Source: a virus
Virus record (IMG/VR): IMGVR_UViG_3300021077_000115
Span: 366,064 to 391,957 of that record
Direction: 5' to 3' (one strand)
DNA: 25,894 nt
The notes beneath the pieces are model-generated. The model did not search any database. It was not told the origin of the DNA and saw only the letters and a program-made list of their open reading frames with translations. The position numbers and the translations under genes were made by a program. Numbering within the stretch: the stretch's first letter is position 1; each line of letters begins with the position of its first letter. Positions 16,832 to 24,066 of the stretch are shown piece by piece.

Positions 16832-17265
16832 TTATACTGAGAATGAATCTCGGCAATTTGGGTAATGATATCCTGAATCTTTGGGTCTCTATCTGCCAAG
16901 CGGCGCAACTTCTTCTTGGCCCCTCCGTAAATCTTTCGGCCATTGCGGTAGTCACAATTTCCATTCACTGACTTTGTGATGGAGCTTTGATTGACATTGA
17001 GCTGCTTTGCAATCTCAATTTGGGTGTAACCCTTGCTCAAAAGTTCAATGACTTGGAATTGACGTCCAGTCAGATTCTCTTTGGCCAGCCTCCAAAATTC
17101 GCCCTTCAGCTGTTCCCTTAATACCAACAGCTGCTCTCTGTCTTCTGGATTATAGTTTTCTACCAAGCCTTGAGCTTCCGAAAACTCAGCCATCATTTCA
17201 TTAGAGTATGGTTGTTCAGCAAATAAATGTTGATATCCGTTCGATCTGTTTGTTTTCCTTCCCAT
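16828..17265 (-). CDS. Sigma-70 region-4-like HTH DNA-binding protein (putative phage transcription factor / sigma-like), 145 aa
   Basis: LTGRQFQVIELLSKGYTQIEIAKQLNVNQSSITKSV...AKKKLRRL fits the sigma-70 region-4 / LuxR-type HTH pattern (L..RE..V..L...G.t..EIA..LgvS...V......A..KLR). The annotated start overlaps the primase by 50 nt. The true start may be the internal MMAEF at ~17196. Confidence 0.55.
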   Translation of the reverse strand: MGRKTNRSNGYQHLFAEQPYSNEMMAEFSEAQGLVENYNPEDREQLLVLREQLKGEFWRLAKENLTGRQFQVIELLSKGYTQIEIAKQLNVNQSSITKSVNGNCDYRNGRKIYGGAKKKLRRLADRDPKIQDIITQIAEIHSQYN

Positions 17266-18070
17266 CTAATCTCCCGAAGCTCTTTAATGTATCTATAACA
17301 TGCCGAATCTCTTCTATATCTTTTGAGCCTCGAAAAAACTCATCAATATCCTTAAATCCACTAGGAGGACTTATCAGTTTAATATTTGCCACATCCTTAA
17401 ACTTTTCCCTAATCCTAAACTTTCCCTTCTTCCCGGCATCATCATTATCAAGCATAATGATTATATTGTTTGTATACCTATGAATCTGGAACATTTGATA
17501 TCTAGATAAATTAGCCCAACCAAATGCAACGGCATTTGTAATTCCATTTGCATGTAGTGAAATACAATCAAATTGTCCCTCTACACCTATAACACAGTCA
17601 TTAGCTATAATTGAATCACGGGCCTTATCTAAACCATAGACATACAGATCTTTTCGGCAGCCAGCATTGTAATTATACTTCTGCATCTCCCTTTCACGGC
17701 GTTCTTCTTCTGATATCAAACACCTACCAACTAAAGCAATTACCTCTCCGTGTACATTATAGAAAGGCATCACTAGATTATGATCTGCAAAATGTCCATG
17801 AGGAGCCGTTCCCCCTTCAAGATGCTTTGGATAATATAACTTAAGAGATTCTAAGTCATCCTTATCAATCATCGAAGTAAGATCACAAAGATGATCATCA
17901 ACCGGGAAGTATCCAAACTTCCATGCCATTTGATCGTCTTTATCGAGGCGTGAATTTAAGTAGCGTCTGGCTAGGCGTGCAGAGTCAGATGTCAGCAATA
18001 AATGCTGACATGCTCTAACTACCTTTTGTAGAATCTTTTGTCTCGCGTTATGTTGAATAAATGATCTCAT
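17216..18070 (-). CDS. dnaG: DnaG-type DNA primase catalytic core (TOPRIM), 284 aa, without an N-terminal zinc-binding domain
   Basis: ARRYLNSRLDKDDQMAWKFGYFP matches the DnaG YL..RGL....I..F.lGYAP signature. The TOPRIM motifs are VIGVEGQFDCISLHANGITNAVA (conserved E) and IIIMLDNDDAGKKG (DxD). Confidence 0.8.
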   Translation of the reverse strand: MRSFIQHNARQKILQKVVRACQHLLLTSDSARLARRYLNSRLDKDDQMAWKFGYFPVDDHLCDLTSMIDKDDLESLKLYYPKHLEGGTAPHGHFADHNLVMPFYNVHGEVIALVGRCLISEEERREREMQKYNYNAGCRKDLYVYGLDKARDSIIANDCVIGVEGQFDCISLHANGITNAVAFGWANLSRYQMFQIHRYTNNIIIMLDNDDAGKKGKFRIREKFKDVANIKLISPPSGFKDIDEFFRGSKDIEEIRHVIDTLKSFGRLDGKENKQIERISTFIC

Positions 18071-18423
18071 CCACCATCAGCTCTCCTCTGAGCCACTAGA
18101 TTTACTTTAATCATCTCTGCAAATGGTTTGGATAGCGAATCTAATTCTTTACCACAAAATGAACACACAAGGTTCTTGCCGTCCTTGCTTAGTTCTGGTG
18201 GGCCTTCTTTATTACAAGGCTTACACTTCACAGCCCATGGTAACTTCTTTTTCTCATTGCGTCTTACCTGATCATAAGATATCATTTGACGACGCATAAA
18301 AATAGAAATGCTATTTACTGGCTTTCCACATTCAGTACAATAAGCAATGAAGCTTGCCTTATCAACTACAGGCCTCATTTCTTTTCCACAGCCTTTATTA
18401 TCACAAAAACATCTATATTCCAT
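18067..18423 (-). CDS. Double zinc-ribbon protein (118 aa), ATGA-coupled to the primase core
   Basis: It has four CxxC pairs (CFCDNKGC...CTEC; CKPC...CSFC). Its stop TGA overlaps the primase ATG (18070..18067 reads ATGA). Confidence 0.55.
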   Translation of the reverse strand: MEYRCFCDNKGCGKEMRPVVDKASFIAYCTECGKPVNSISIFMRRQMISYDQVRRNEKKKLPWAVKCKPCNKEGPPELSKDGKNLVCSFCGKELDSLSKPFAEMIKVNLVAQRRADGG

Positions 18424-18430
18424 ATTTATC

Positions 18431-19429
18431 CTACTTCGGAGACGCTGGGATTATAACTGGCTTTTCCAAAACCGAAATCAAATCAGAAACATCTTCTGGG
18501 TACGTTACGTTTATCACAAACACATGTGCTCCATTGGGCGGCACACCAAACCCAGAAACTCTAACTCTGTCTCCATTCCTTATCTTTGGCTTGAACTCTA
18601 AAACCTTATCACCCCTAATGGTTCGAAGATTTTTCTTCGTTCCTTGGAGAGCCTCAAGTAAACTAAGCTCTACTGTAGATATAACATCACTCCCATCGAG
18701 TATTAGGCCATTCTCATTGGGTAGTACATTGATCATAACTACCAAGCTATCATATAGATCTTTGGTTCTATAGTTGCCTCTACCATTAAGGGTTAGGATC
18801 GTACCATTCTCAATACCAGCTGGAATTGGTATTGATATATCTTCTTTGATGCGTTTCTTAAAAGTACCATTGCATGATTGACATACGCCAGAAGTAGAAT
18901 AGCCAGTCCCCTTACATCCATTACATGGCAATTCACGATTGTCAGCAGGTTGAATAGCACCGCTTCCATATTTTCGTTTGCCAGTTCCATTACACTTGAT
19001 GCAAGTAGTTTTGATATTGGCATTATTACAATCAAAACATTTTACCAAACGAGAATAAGAAATATCCTTTCGGCCACCTACTATTGACATCTCAAATGGA
19101 ATATCAGCCTTCACAGCTATAGGCGGCCCTGGTATATTCGTGAATTTTTTATTGAACACCTCATCCATTTGGCGTCTAAGTTCTTCTGCCAAATGATCTG
19201 CTGTATTATAGAATGGAGATTTTAGATCATTGAATGCTGGAGGGCTTGTTCCAAACTTCTCTAGTAACTGAAAGGCCTCGTTAATTTTTTTGAACTTATC
19301 TTCAGCATCTGGAGATTTGTTTCTATCAGGGTGATACTCAATAGCCTTCTTCTTAAATGCCGCTTTGACATCAGTTCCTGATGCTCCAATAGGCAATCCA
19401 AGTAAGGCGCATGCGTCATGAGTGTTCAT
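18431..19429 (-). CDS. dnaJ: DnaJ/Hsp40-family co-chaperone homologue (J domain + CxxCxGxG zinc-finger domain + C-terminal substrate-binding domain), 332 aa
   Basis: The N-terminal J domain carries the invariant HPD (KKKAIEYHPDRNKSPDAEDKFKKINEAFQLL). The CR-type zinc-finger repeats are CFDCNN, CIKCNGTG, CNGCKGTG and CQSCNGTF. The CTD has the GTILTLNGRGN pattern. The start overlaps the ruvC stop as ATGA. Confidence 0.85.
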   Translation of the reverse strand: MNTHDACALLGLPIGASGTDVKAAFKKKAIEYHPDRNKSPDAEDKFKKINEAFQLLEKFGTSPPAFNDLKSPFYNTADHLAEELRRQMDEVFNKKFTNIPGPPIAVKADIPFEMSIVGGRKDISYSRLVKCFDCNNANIKTTCIKCNGTGKRKYGSGAIQPADNRELPCNGCKGTGYSTSGVCQSCNGTFKKRIKEDISIPIPAGIENGTILTLNGRGNYRTKDLYDSLVVMINVLPNENGLILDGSDVISTVELSLLEALQGTKKNLRTIRGDKVLEFKPKIRNGDRVRVSGFGVPPNGAHVFVINVTYPEDVSDLISVLEKPVIIPASPK

Positions 19430-20016
19430 TTGCTCTTAGTATCCTTGACAGCCTTTGGCCTCGACTTCTTCTTCGGAGTTGTTTGCAACTTCGCCCAAGC
19501 CAATGCTACGGCCATCGAATCAGCCACATCGTACGATTCTTCCATGACAACCTGCAGCTTTGTTCGTTTGTTGATTTTGTATAGCCATGGATAAGGGATA
19601 TTTAAATGTTGGGATACCAATTCTGGAATTTCTTCTTTCTTTGGTAATACTTTCGTCAACTTAATAGCATGTCGAATCTTTAGAACATTCAAAGCTTCTG
19701 GTGTAATTCCCAAATCTAAAATAGCCAATCGAAGAGTCATATTCAAAATTGCCAATGGAATAACAGTACTAGCAGAAGATGCGCCCTTCATAAACCTTAT
19801 ATAGTCTTCAATAACAAATTCTTGTACATTGTATTTACCAAAGAGATTTAATATATGAGCTCTTGCTTGAATTAGCATATCCAACAGCCCATTCGTTTTG
19901 TCCGGTTTGTAATATTCGCAATGAATAAGACTTGGGCTGTAATCATCTTCATAGTCAATTATTGAGATGCCGATAGTAGTTGTGCTAGCATCAAGGCCCA
20001 TAACTCTTCTAATCAT
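19426..20016 (-). CDS. ruvC: RuvC-family Holliday-junction resolvase, 196 aa
   Basis: The N-terminus VMGLDASTTTIGISI matches the RuvC i.GiDpG...G (first catalytic Asp). The C-terminus DVADSMAVALAWA matches RuvC ADAlAiAl.H. The size is typical of phage RuvC. Confidence 0.75.
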   Translation of the reverse strand: MIRRVMGLDASTTTIGISIIDYEDDYSPSLIHCEYYKPDKTNGLLDMLIQARAHILNLFGKYNVQEFVIEDYIRFMKGASSASTVIPLAILNMTLRLAILDLGITPEALNVLKIRHAIKLTKVLPKKEEIPELVSQHLNIPYPWLYKINKRTKLQVVMEESYDVADSMAVALAWAKLQTTPKKKSRPKAVKDTKSK

Positions 20017-20036
20017 AAAGAGTTATATATCAAAAA

Positions 20037-20065
20037 GAAAAGGAGGACTTTTGATCCTCCTTTTC
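20037..20065 (-). terminator. Strong factor-independent terminator hairpin (11-bp stem, 7-nt loop), plausibly bidirectional
   Basis: gaaaaggagga-cttttga-tcctccttttc forms a perfect 11-bp stem. On the minus-strand transcript it is followed by UUUUUGAUAU, 70 nt after the SSB-like stop and just upstream of ruvC. On the + strand it is followed by aattctatttt. Confidence 0.6.
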
Positions 20066-20135
20066 AATTCTATTTTAGCTTAGGCTAAGTTAATGAAGCT
20101 CATGTTCTTCACTATCTAGTAGTGAAAAACAAAGA

Positions 20136-20909
20136 TTATCCATTGGCTGCGGTTTCGGTTTCGTCATCTGAAGAATCCGCTGGGCGCTGGAACGAATAAT
20201 CGTCCTCAGCCGGCTCTTCAAGCTTCGATCCTTTTGCACTTTTCCCATCTTCCTTTGGAACCACAGTTCCGTCCCAACCGAGCGAACGAAGACGCTCAGC
20301 AACCTTCTCAGGCTTCGGGCAGATTAGCTGACGGCCAAGGCACTTCTCAATAATCTCATCACCACCGATTTCGGTAATGAGTTTGAGGTCACCTTCGGAC
20401 ATAGGCTCCGTATCCTCAGAAACAACGCTATAGTAACCTGTAGCTGTCTTGCTCTTCGGATCGAACTTGATCGAGATATCAAAATCACGAGGTGTGAGAT
20501 TCTTTCCCTTCTTGTTCTTGGATTCGAGAATATCCTCAATTGATTGTGCAGTCAATTGGCTCAAATCAAGCAACTTGAGTTGGTTGTCTGCGCGGTCAAT
20601 AGCCACGACCATGTAACGCTCACGGCCTGTCAAGCCAAGATACTTCTTGACCGGGCAATCTTCGCCATACGTTGGCCACGATGTGCGAACCTTATCACCA
20701 TATGAGCGCTTGCTGTCAGGGCCCTTCCAGCGAACCTGATAAAAGACTCCCATTCCAGAAACGATGCGTACGCTATTGAAGCCTGGAAGTAGCTTCATAT
20801 ACGGAAGACGTGGAAGGTCTTCGTCATCATATTTACGGTTTTGTTTTGGGAGCGTTCCCCAGGCTCGGATTCCAGTGGATGGCTTGTTTTCTGTATTTGA
20901 TTCAGTCAT
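20136..20909 (-). CDS. Hypothetical protein with acidic C-terminal tail; possible single-stranded DNA-binding protein (257 aa)
   Basis: It sits between the RecA-like and RuvC genes. The C-terminus EEPAEDDYSFQRPADSSDDETE resembles the acidic tails of phage SSBs (T4 gp32 and T7 gp2.5 types). I saw no diagnostic OB-fold motif, so this is an inference. Confidence 0.3.
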   Translation of the reverse strand: MTESNTENKPSTGIRAWGTLPKQNRKYDDEDLPRLPYMKLLPGFNSVRIVSGMGVFYQVRWKGPDSKRSYGDKVRTSWPTYGEDCPVKKYLGLTGRERYMVVAIDRADNQLKLLDLSQLTAQSIEDILESKNKKGKNLTPRDFDISIKFDPKSKTATGYYSVVSEDTEPMSEGDLKLITEIGGDEIIEKCLGRQLICPKPEKVAERLRSLGWDGTVVPKEDGKSAKGSKLEEPAEDDYSFQRPADSSDDETETAANG

Positions 20910-21225
20910 TTGTTTCTCCTTGCGGCGTTTTGTTGTATGTTATGTTCTCTATGCGAATTACTCTGTGCCACGGAATTTTGCGATTTATTGGCTTAATTTC
21001 CGTATTTTTGGCTGATGTTATTGTTGCATGAGGATCTTTGATTGCTTTTGCCGCTTGTGTTTTAGTAAGCTGAATGCCCCTAAATTCCAAAAATACATTG
21101 CATTCGTTTACATCTTGCGATCTATAGAGTGCGATGCCATCGGTCTCGTAGGGATCTTCTGCTACTATTATATATATCGGCTTAATCGTAGTTCTGTTAA
21201 CTATTGATGGTTGTTGAAAGGCCAT
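20902..21225 (-). CDS. Hypothetical small protein (107 aa) immediately downstream of the recombinase
   Basis: The ORF abuts the RecA-like stop and overlaps the next gene by 8 nt. It could be a recombination mediator by position only. Confidence 0.45.
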   Translation of the reverse strand: MAFQQPSIVNRTTIKPIYIIVAEDPYETDGIALYRSQDVNECNVFLEFRGIQLTKTQAAKAIKDPHATITSAKNTEIKPINRKIPWHRVIRIENITYNKTPQGETND

Positions 21226-22226
21226 TATTCGTCATCCTCTTCTATCCCATCGATATCAGGGACTTTATTCTTGATTTCGTTGGATAGGTCGATTCCAGAG
21301 GCTGATACGCAAAGATCCAGTTCTGCGATACAATCTTCCCCACCAAATAGGTGGTTCTTCTTGACCCTTGCCACAGTTGTAATTCCGTACTTTACTTTTT
21401 GCTTGTTCTTAGTTCGGATGAGCGTAGCCTTCCTCGACATTTCTAAAATAAGGGAGCTAAGATATTCCAGTTCAGCTCCGCCCTTCTGCTTAAATCCAAC
21501 AGAACCAATATTTGCGTAAACTTGGTTGATGCACAAAATAGCAATCGTATAGTTGCCATCTTCGTCTCTGAATTTCTCAATCAATTGATTGAACCTTCGA
21601 ATTGCCCAAGAAACTTCCTTGGCAGTAACGCCAGGTTGTTTACTATAGTCATCATTCTCTTCATCTTCAGCTGAGTTAATAGATGCACCAACAGAATCCC
21701 AAACAATGAGAATCTTAGTTTCTGGATCCATTTCCTTAGCTGCCTTGACGTAAGCAATTACCTGCTGAACACCCTCTAAAATATTACGACTAGGTGCCAC
21801 AGCAATTTGCGAAGGATCGCCGCCAATTCTTTCTCTGTATCGTACGCTATCGAACTTACCCTCAGCGTCCCAGAGTACAACCAAAGCCCCTTGGTTTTGT
21901 GCGGCCTTCATCGCCAACATGGCCGCTGTGCTTTTCCCACTATCTGGCCTGCCAGCAATTTGGAAAATGCGCCCATAAGCAATTCCCAGCAATCCAGTGA
22001 GCGGCTTCCAGAATTTATCTATTTCCGGAGATGATATGTAGTCATCAGGATTTGTTGATAAGACAATCATATCGCCAGTTTTCATTCTGGCGGTTAGAGG
22101 TGCCTTCTTTTTATCAAATCTACCCTTAGCTTTTTCAACAAGGGCATTGATATCAAATCTTGGTTTTGATGTTGCTGTTAGTTCACTATCAAGTTTTTCA
22201 AGTATAGATTTTTTAGCACTAGCCAT
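21225..22226 (-). CDS. RecA-superfamily recombinase (RecA/UvsX/Sak4-like), 333 aa
   Basis: It has a Walker A motif (IAGRPDSGKSTAAM) and a Walker B motif (ILIVWDSVGAS), which matches RecA LIVVDSVAAL closely. The size is RecA-like. Confidence 0.7.
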   Translation of the reverse strand: MASAKKSILEKLDSELTATSKPRFDINALVEKAKGRFDKKKAPLTARMKTGDMIVLSTNPDDYISSPEIDKFWKPLTGLLGIAYGRIFQIAGRPDSGKSTAAMLAMKAAQNQGALVVLWDAEGKFDSVRYRERIGGDPSQIAVAPSRNILEGVQQVIAYVKAAKEMDPETKILIVWDSVGASINSAEDEENDDYSKQPGVTAKEVSWAIRRFNQLIEKFRDEDGNYTIAILCINQVYANIGSVGFKQKGGAELEYLSSLILEMSRKATLIRTKNKQKVKYGITTVARVKKNHLFGGEDCIAELDLCVSASGIDLSNEIKNKVPDIDGIEEDDE

Positions 22227-22235
22227 TCCTCTCCT

Positions 22236-22679
22236 TTAAATAGGTTTCTTTATAGATCTAAAAGTAAGATGTGCTTCTTTGAGTAGAGCATGGATATTGG
22301 ACAAGTGCTTATAATCGCGCTCGGCCTCATTTTGCTCAATTGATATTCGCCTTACTTCATCATCTCTTAATATAAGATGAGCCAACGCACTCTCTGTTAC
22401 CTTTTTTCCATCAATGGAAACGTTCTTCAGACCTGCATATGCGTTAGCCTTAGCAAAGTCTATATCACGCTTCAGCGCTCTTGATTTTAGATCGGTAGAT
22501 GATAGATCAGAAAGCAAAGCCGCCTGCGCGAGTAAACACGCAGCGGCCATGGCTGAGGCATCGTCCTCATCAAACGTTCCTCTGGACAAGGAGTCTAGCT
22601 TTAGTAGAACCTTGTGATATTTTTCGTCAAATCCAGTCAACAGATTTTTAATCTGTTCATCATCATGTTCAGTCGTCAT
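22236..22679 (-). CDS. Hypothetical protein (147 aa)
   Basis: The ORF sits in the operon and is predicted helical/coiled-coil. I saw no motif. Confidence 0.5.
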   Translation of the reverse strand: MTTEHDDEQIKNLLTGFDEKYHKVLLKLDSLSRGTFDEDDASAMAAACLLAQAALLSDLSSTDLKSRALKRDIDFAKANAYAGLKNVSIDGKKVTESALAHLILRDDEVRRISIEQNEAERDYKHLSNIHALLKEAHLTFRSIKKPI

Positions 22680-23079
22680 CTTTCTTTAGAACTGTGACGT
22701 TCATACGCTCGACCTCTTCTTTATATGATTGAAGTTCTTGTTTGAGAGCATCAATCTCTGCAAATTGTTCTGAAAACTTCTGCTTCGCTTCCACTATCAA
22801 TGTCACTATTTGGTCTTGAGAAATTCTAAGTTGTTGATTTACCATCAAACTTATCAAGAATGTAAAGACTTCCATTGAAGAATATTTCTTATAAGGAGGC
22901 TTGACAAAGATAATAATTCCATCATCATTTACTTCAAAATGATCTTGAAATAAATCCTTGCCTTTGAAATTAGGGCGATCATATCCTTTACAGATTTCTT
23001 CATAGAACATAAATTCATCGTTGGTCATTGAGACCTTCTTATTATCTATGATTCTCATTACTATCGGATTTCTTGCCAT
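22669..23079 (-). CDS. Hypothetical protein (136 aa)
   Basis: The ORF overlaps its neighbour by 11 nt. I saw no motif. Confidence 0.5.
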   Translation of the reverse strand: MARNPIVMRIIDNKKVSMTNDEFMFYEEICKGYDRPNFKGKDLFQDHFEVNDDGIIIFVKPPYKKYSSMEVFTFLISLMVNQQLRISQDQIVTLIVEAKQKFSEQFAEIDALKQELQSYKEEVERMNVTVLKKDDD

Positions 23080-23085
23080 TATTCC

Positions 23086-23445
23086 TCAAAACTTATAAAT
23101 ACACTCAGCTTCCCAATCCACATTTTCAGCAACTACAAAATCAGAGGCCGTGAAAATAATTCCAATATTACGAATCCAAACATTTTTAATAACTGTAATA
23201 TTGTAACTATCATCAGCAAAACTATCCAATATAACAATATTGAAAGGAACATATTGAGAAGCTACGTGGATATAACCATGCATGAAAATCGATTCTATTT
23301 TTTTTGTATCAAACCTAATCCGATCACAACTACCAGAAACAGGATTTTCTTTGTATGAAATATTTTGAATAACACCAACTTGACTGTTATTTACCTTAAT
23401 AATGATTTTAGTATTTAGCCCAATTATTCTTTCATACCCATCCAT
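23086..23445 (-). CDS. Hypothetical protein (119 aa)
   Basis: The ORF has beta-rich composition. I saw no motif. Confidence 0.5.
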   Translation of the reverse strand: MDGYERIIGLNTKIIIKVNNSQVGVIQNISYKENPVSGSCDRIRFDTKKIESIFMHGYIHVASQYVPFNIVILDSFADDSYNITVIKNVWIRNIGIIFTASDFVVAENVDWEAECIYKF

Positions 23446-23672
23446 TACTTAGCCCTTTTAAAACCGCCCGTTCCTTTCTCGAAATTTTCCTTAGCTTTCT
23501 CACGCTTATATTCTTCTTTGATAGCTTCGAAAGACTCATGAGTTGTCATCTTCTTACTATGGTCTTCATATTCAGAAACAACCTCTTCCAACTCATTACT
23601 CTCTATTCCCTTTTCAGCTAACTTCTTTAGTTCAATAAGTTCTAAATCATCTCTTGAAATGTTGACTACCAT
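23445..23672 (-). CDS. Paralogue family member 5 (75 aa; minimal version ending ...KAKENFEKGTGGFKRAK)
   Basis: It shares the C-terminal K-A-K ... G-x-G-G-F-[FMK]-R motif with the four upstream ORFs. Confidence 0.5.
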   Translation of the reverse strand: MVVNISRDDLELIELKKLAEKGIESNELEEVVSEYEDHSKKMTTHESFEAIKEEYKREKAKENFEKGTGGFKRAK

Positions 23673-23673
23673 A

Positions 23674-24066
23674 TTAACCTCTCACTCGCATAAATCCACC
23701 ACTCTTACCATCGCCCTTCCCATCTATAACGCGCTTGCATTTAGCCTTGCTCAAAATTTGTCTCTGCAAATATTCAAAGCCTTCTTTAGTGGAGCAAAGA
23801 GCTATCTCATAGAAATCATTTCCATTCATTATATCTTCGAATTTTTCGCGCATTTCTTTTAACTCATGCTCTGTCATAGAAGATAATAATTCATGCACTG
23901 AAAAAGATCCATTGGATGGCGCAAAGAAATCAAACCCCTCTGCCTTTAATTCATTGTATGCTATCTGATCTTCTTCTCTATTTTTTTCAGTTGAGTCATA
24001 ATATTCTTTTGTACAAGTATGGTCCTCATCTATTATAAGTACATCATTCTCTTCTAAATGATCCAT
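23674..24066 (-). CDS. Paralogue family member 4 (130 aa)
   Basis: It contains YNELKAEGFDFFAPS, EIALCSTKEGFEYLQRQ and a C-terminal KAKCKRVIDGKGDGKSGGFMRVRG. Confidence 0.6.
   Translation of the reverse strand: MDHLEENDVLIIDEDHTCTKEYYDSTEKNREEDQIAYNELKAEGFDFFAPSNGSFSVHELLSSMTEHELKEMREKFEDIMNGNDFYEIALCSTKEGFEYLQRQILSKAKCKRVIDGKGDGKSGGFMRVRG

Noticed and set aside
19200-19215. 16-nt exact copy of the intergenic gctgtattatagaat sequence inside dnaJ
   Set aside because: The expected number of chance 15–16-mer repeats in an AT-rich 26-kb window is of order 0.3–0.6. It lies in coding sequence and is probably coincidental. It is kept only as a note under the motif finding.
20108-20126. 7-bp inverted repeat ttcacta-tctag-tagtgaa just after the SSB-like stop
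   Set aside because: It has no U-tract on either strand. The real terminator is the 11-bp hairpin 45 nt further on.
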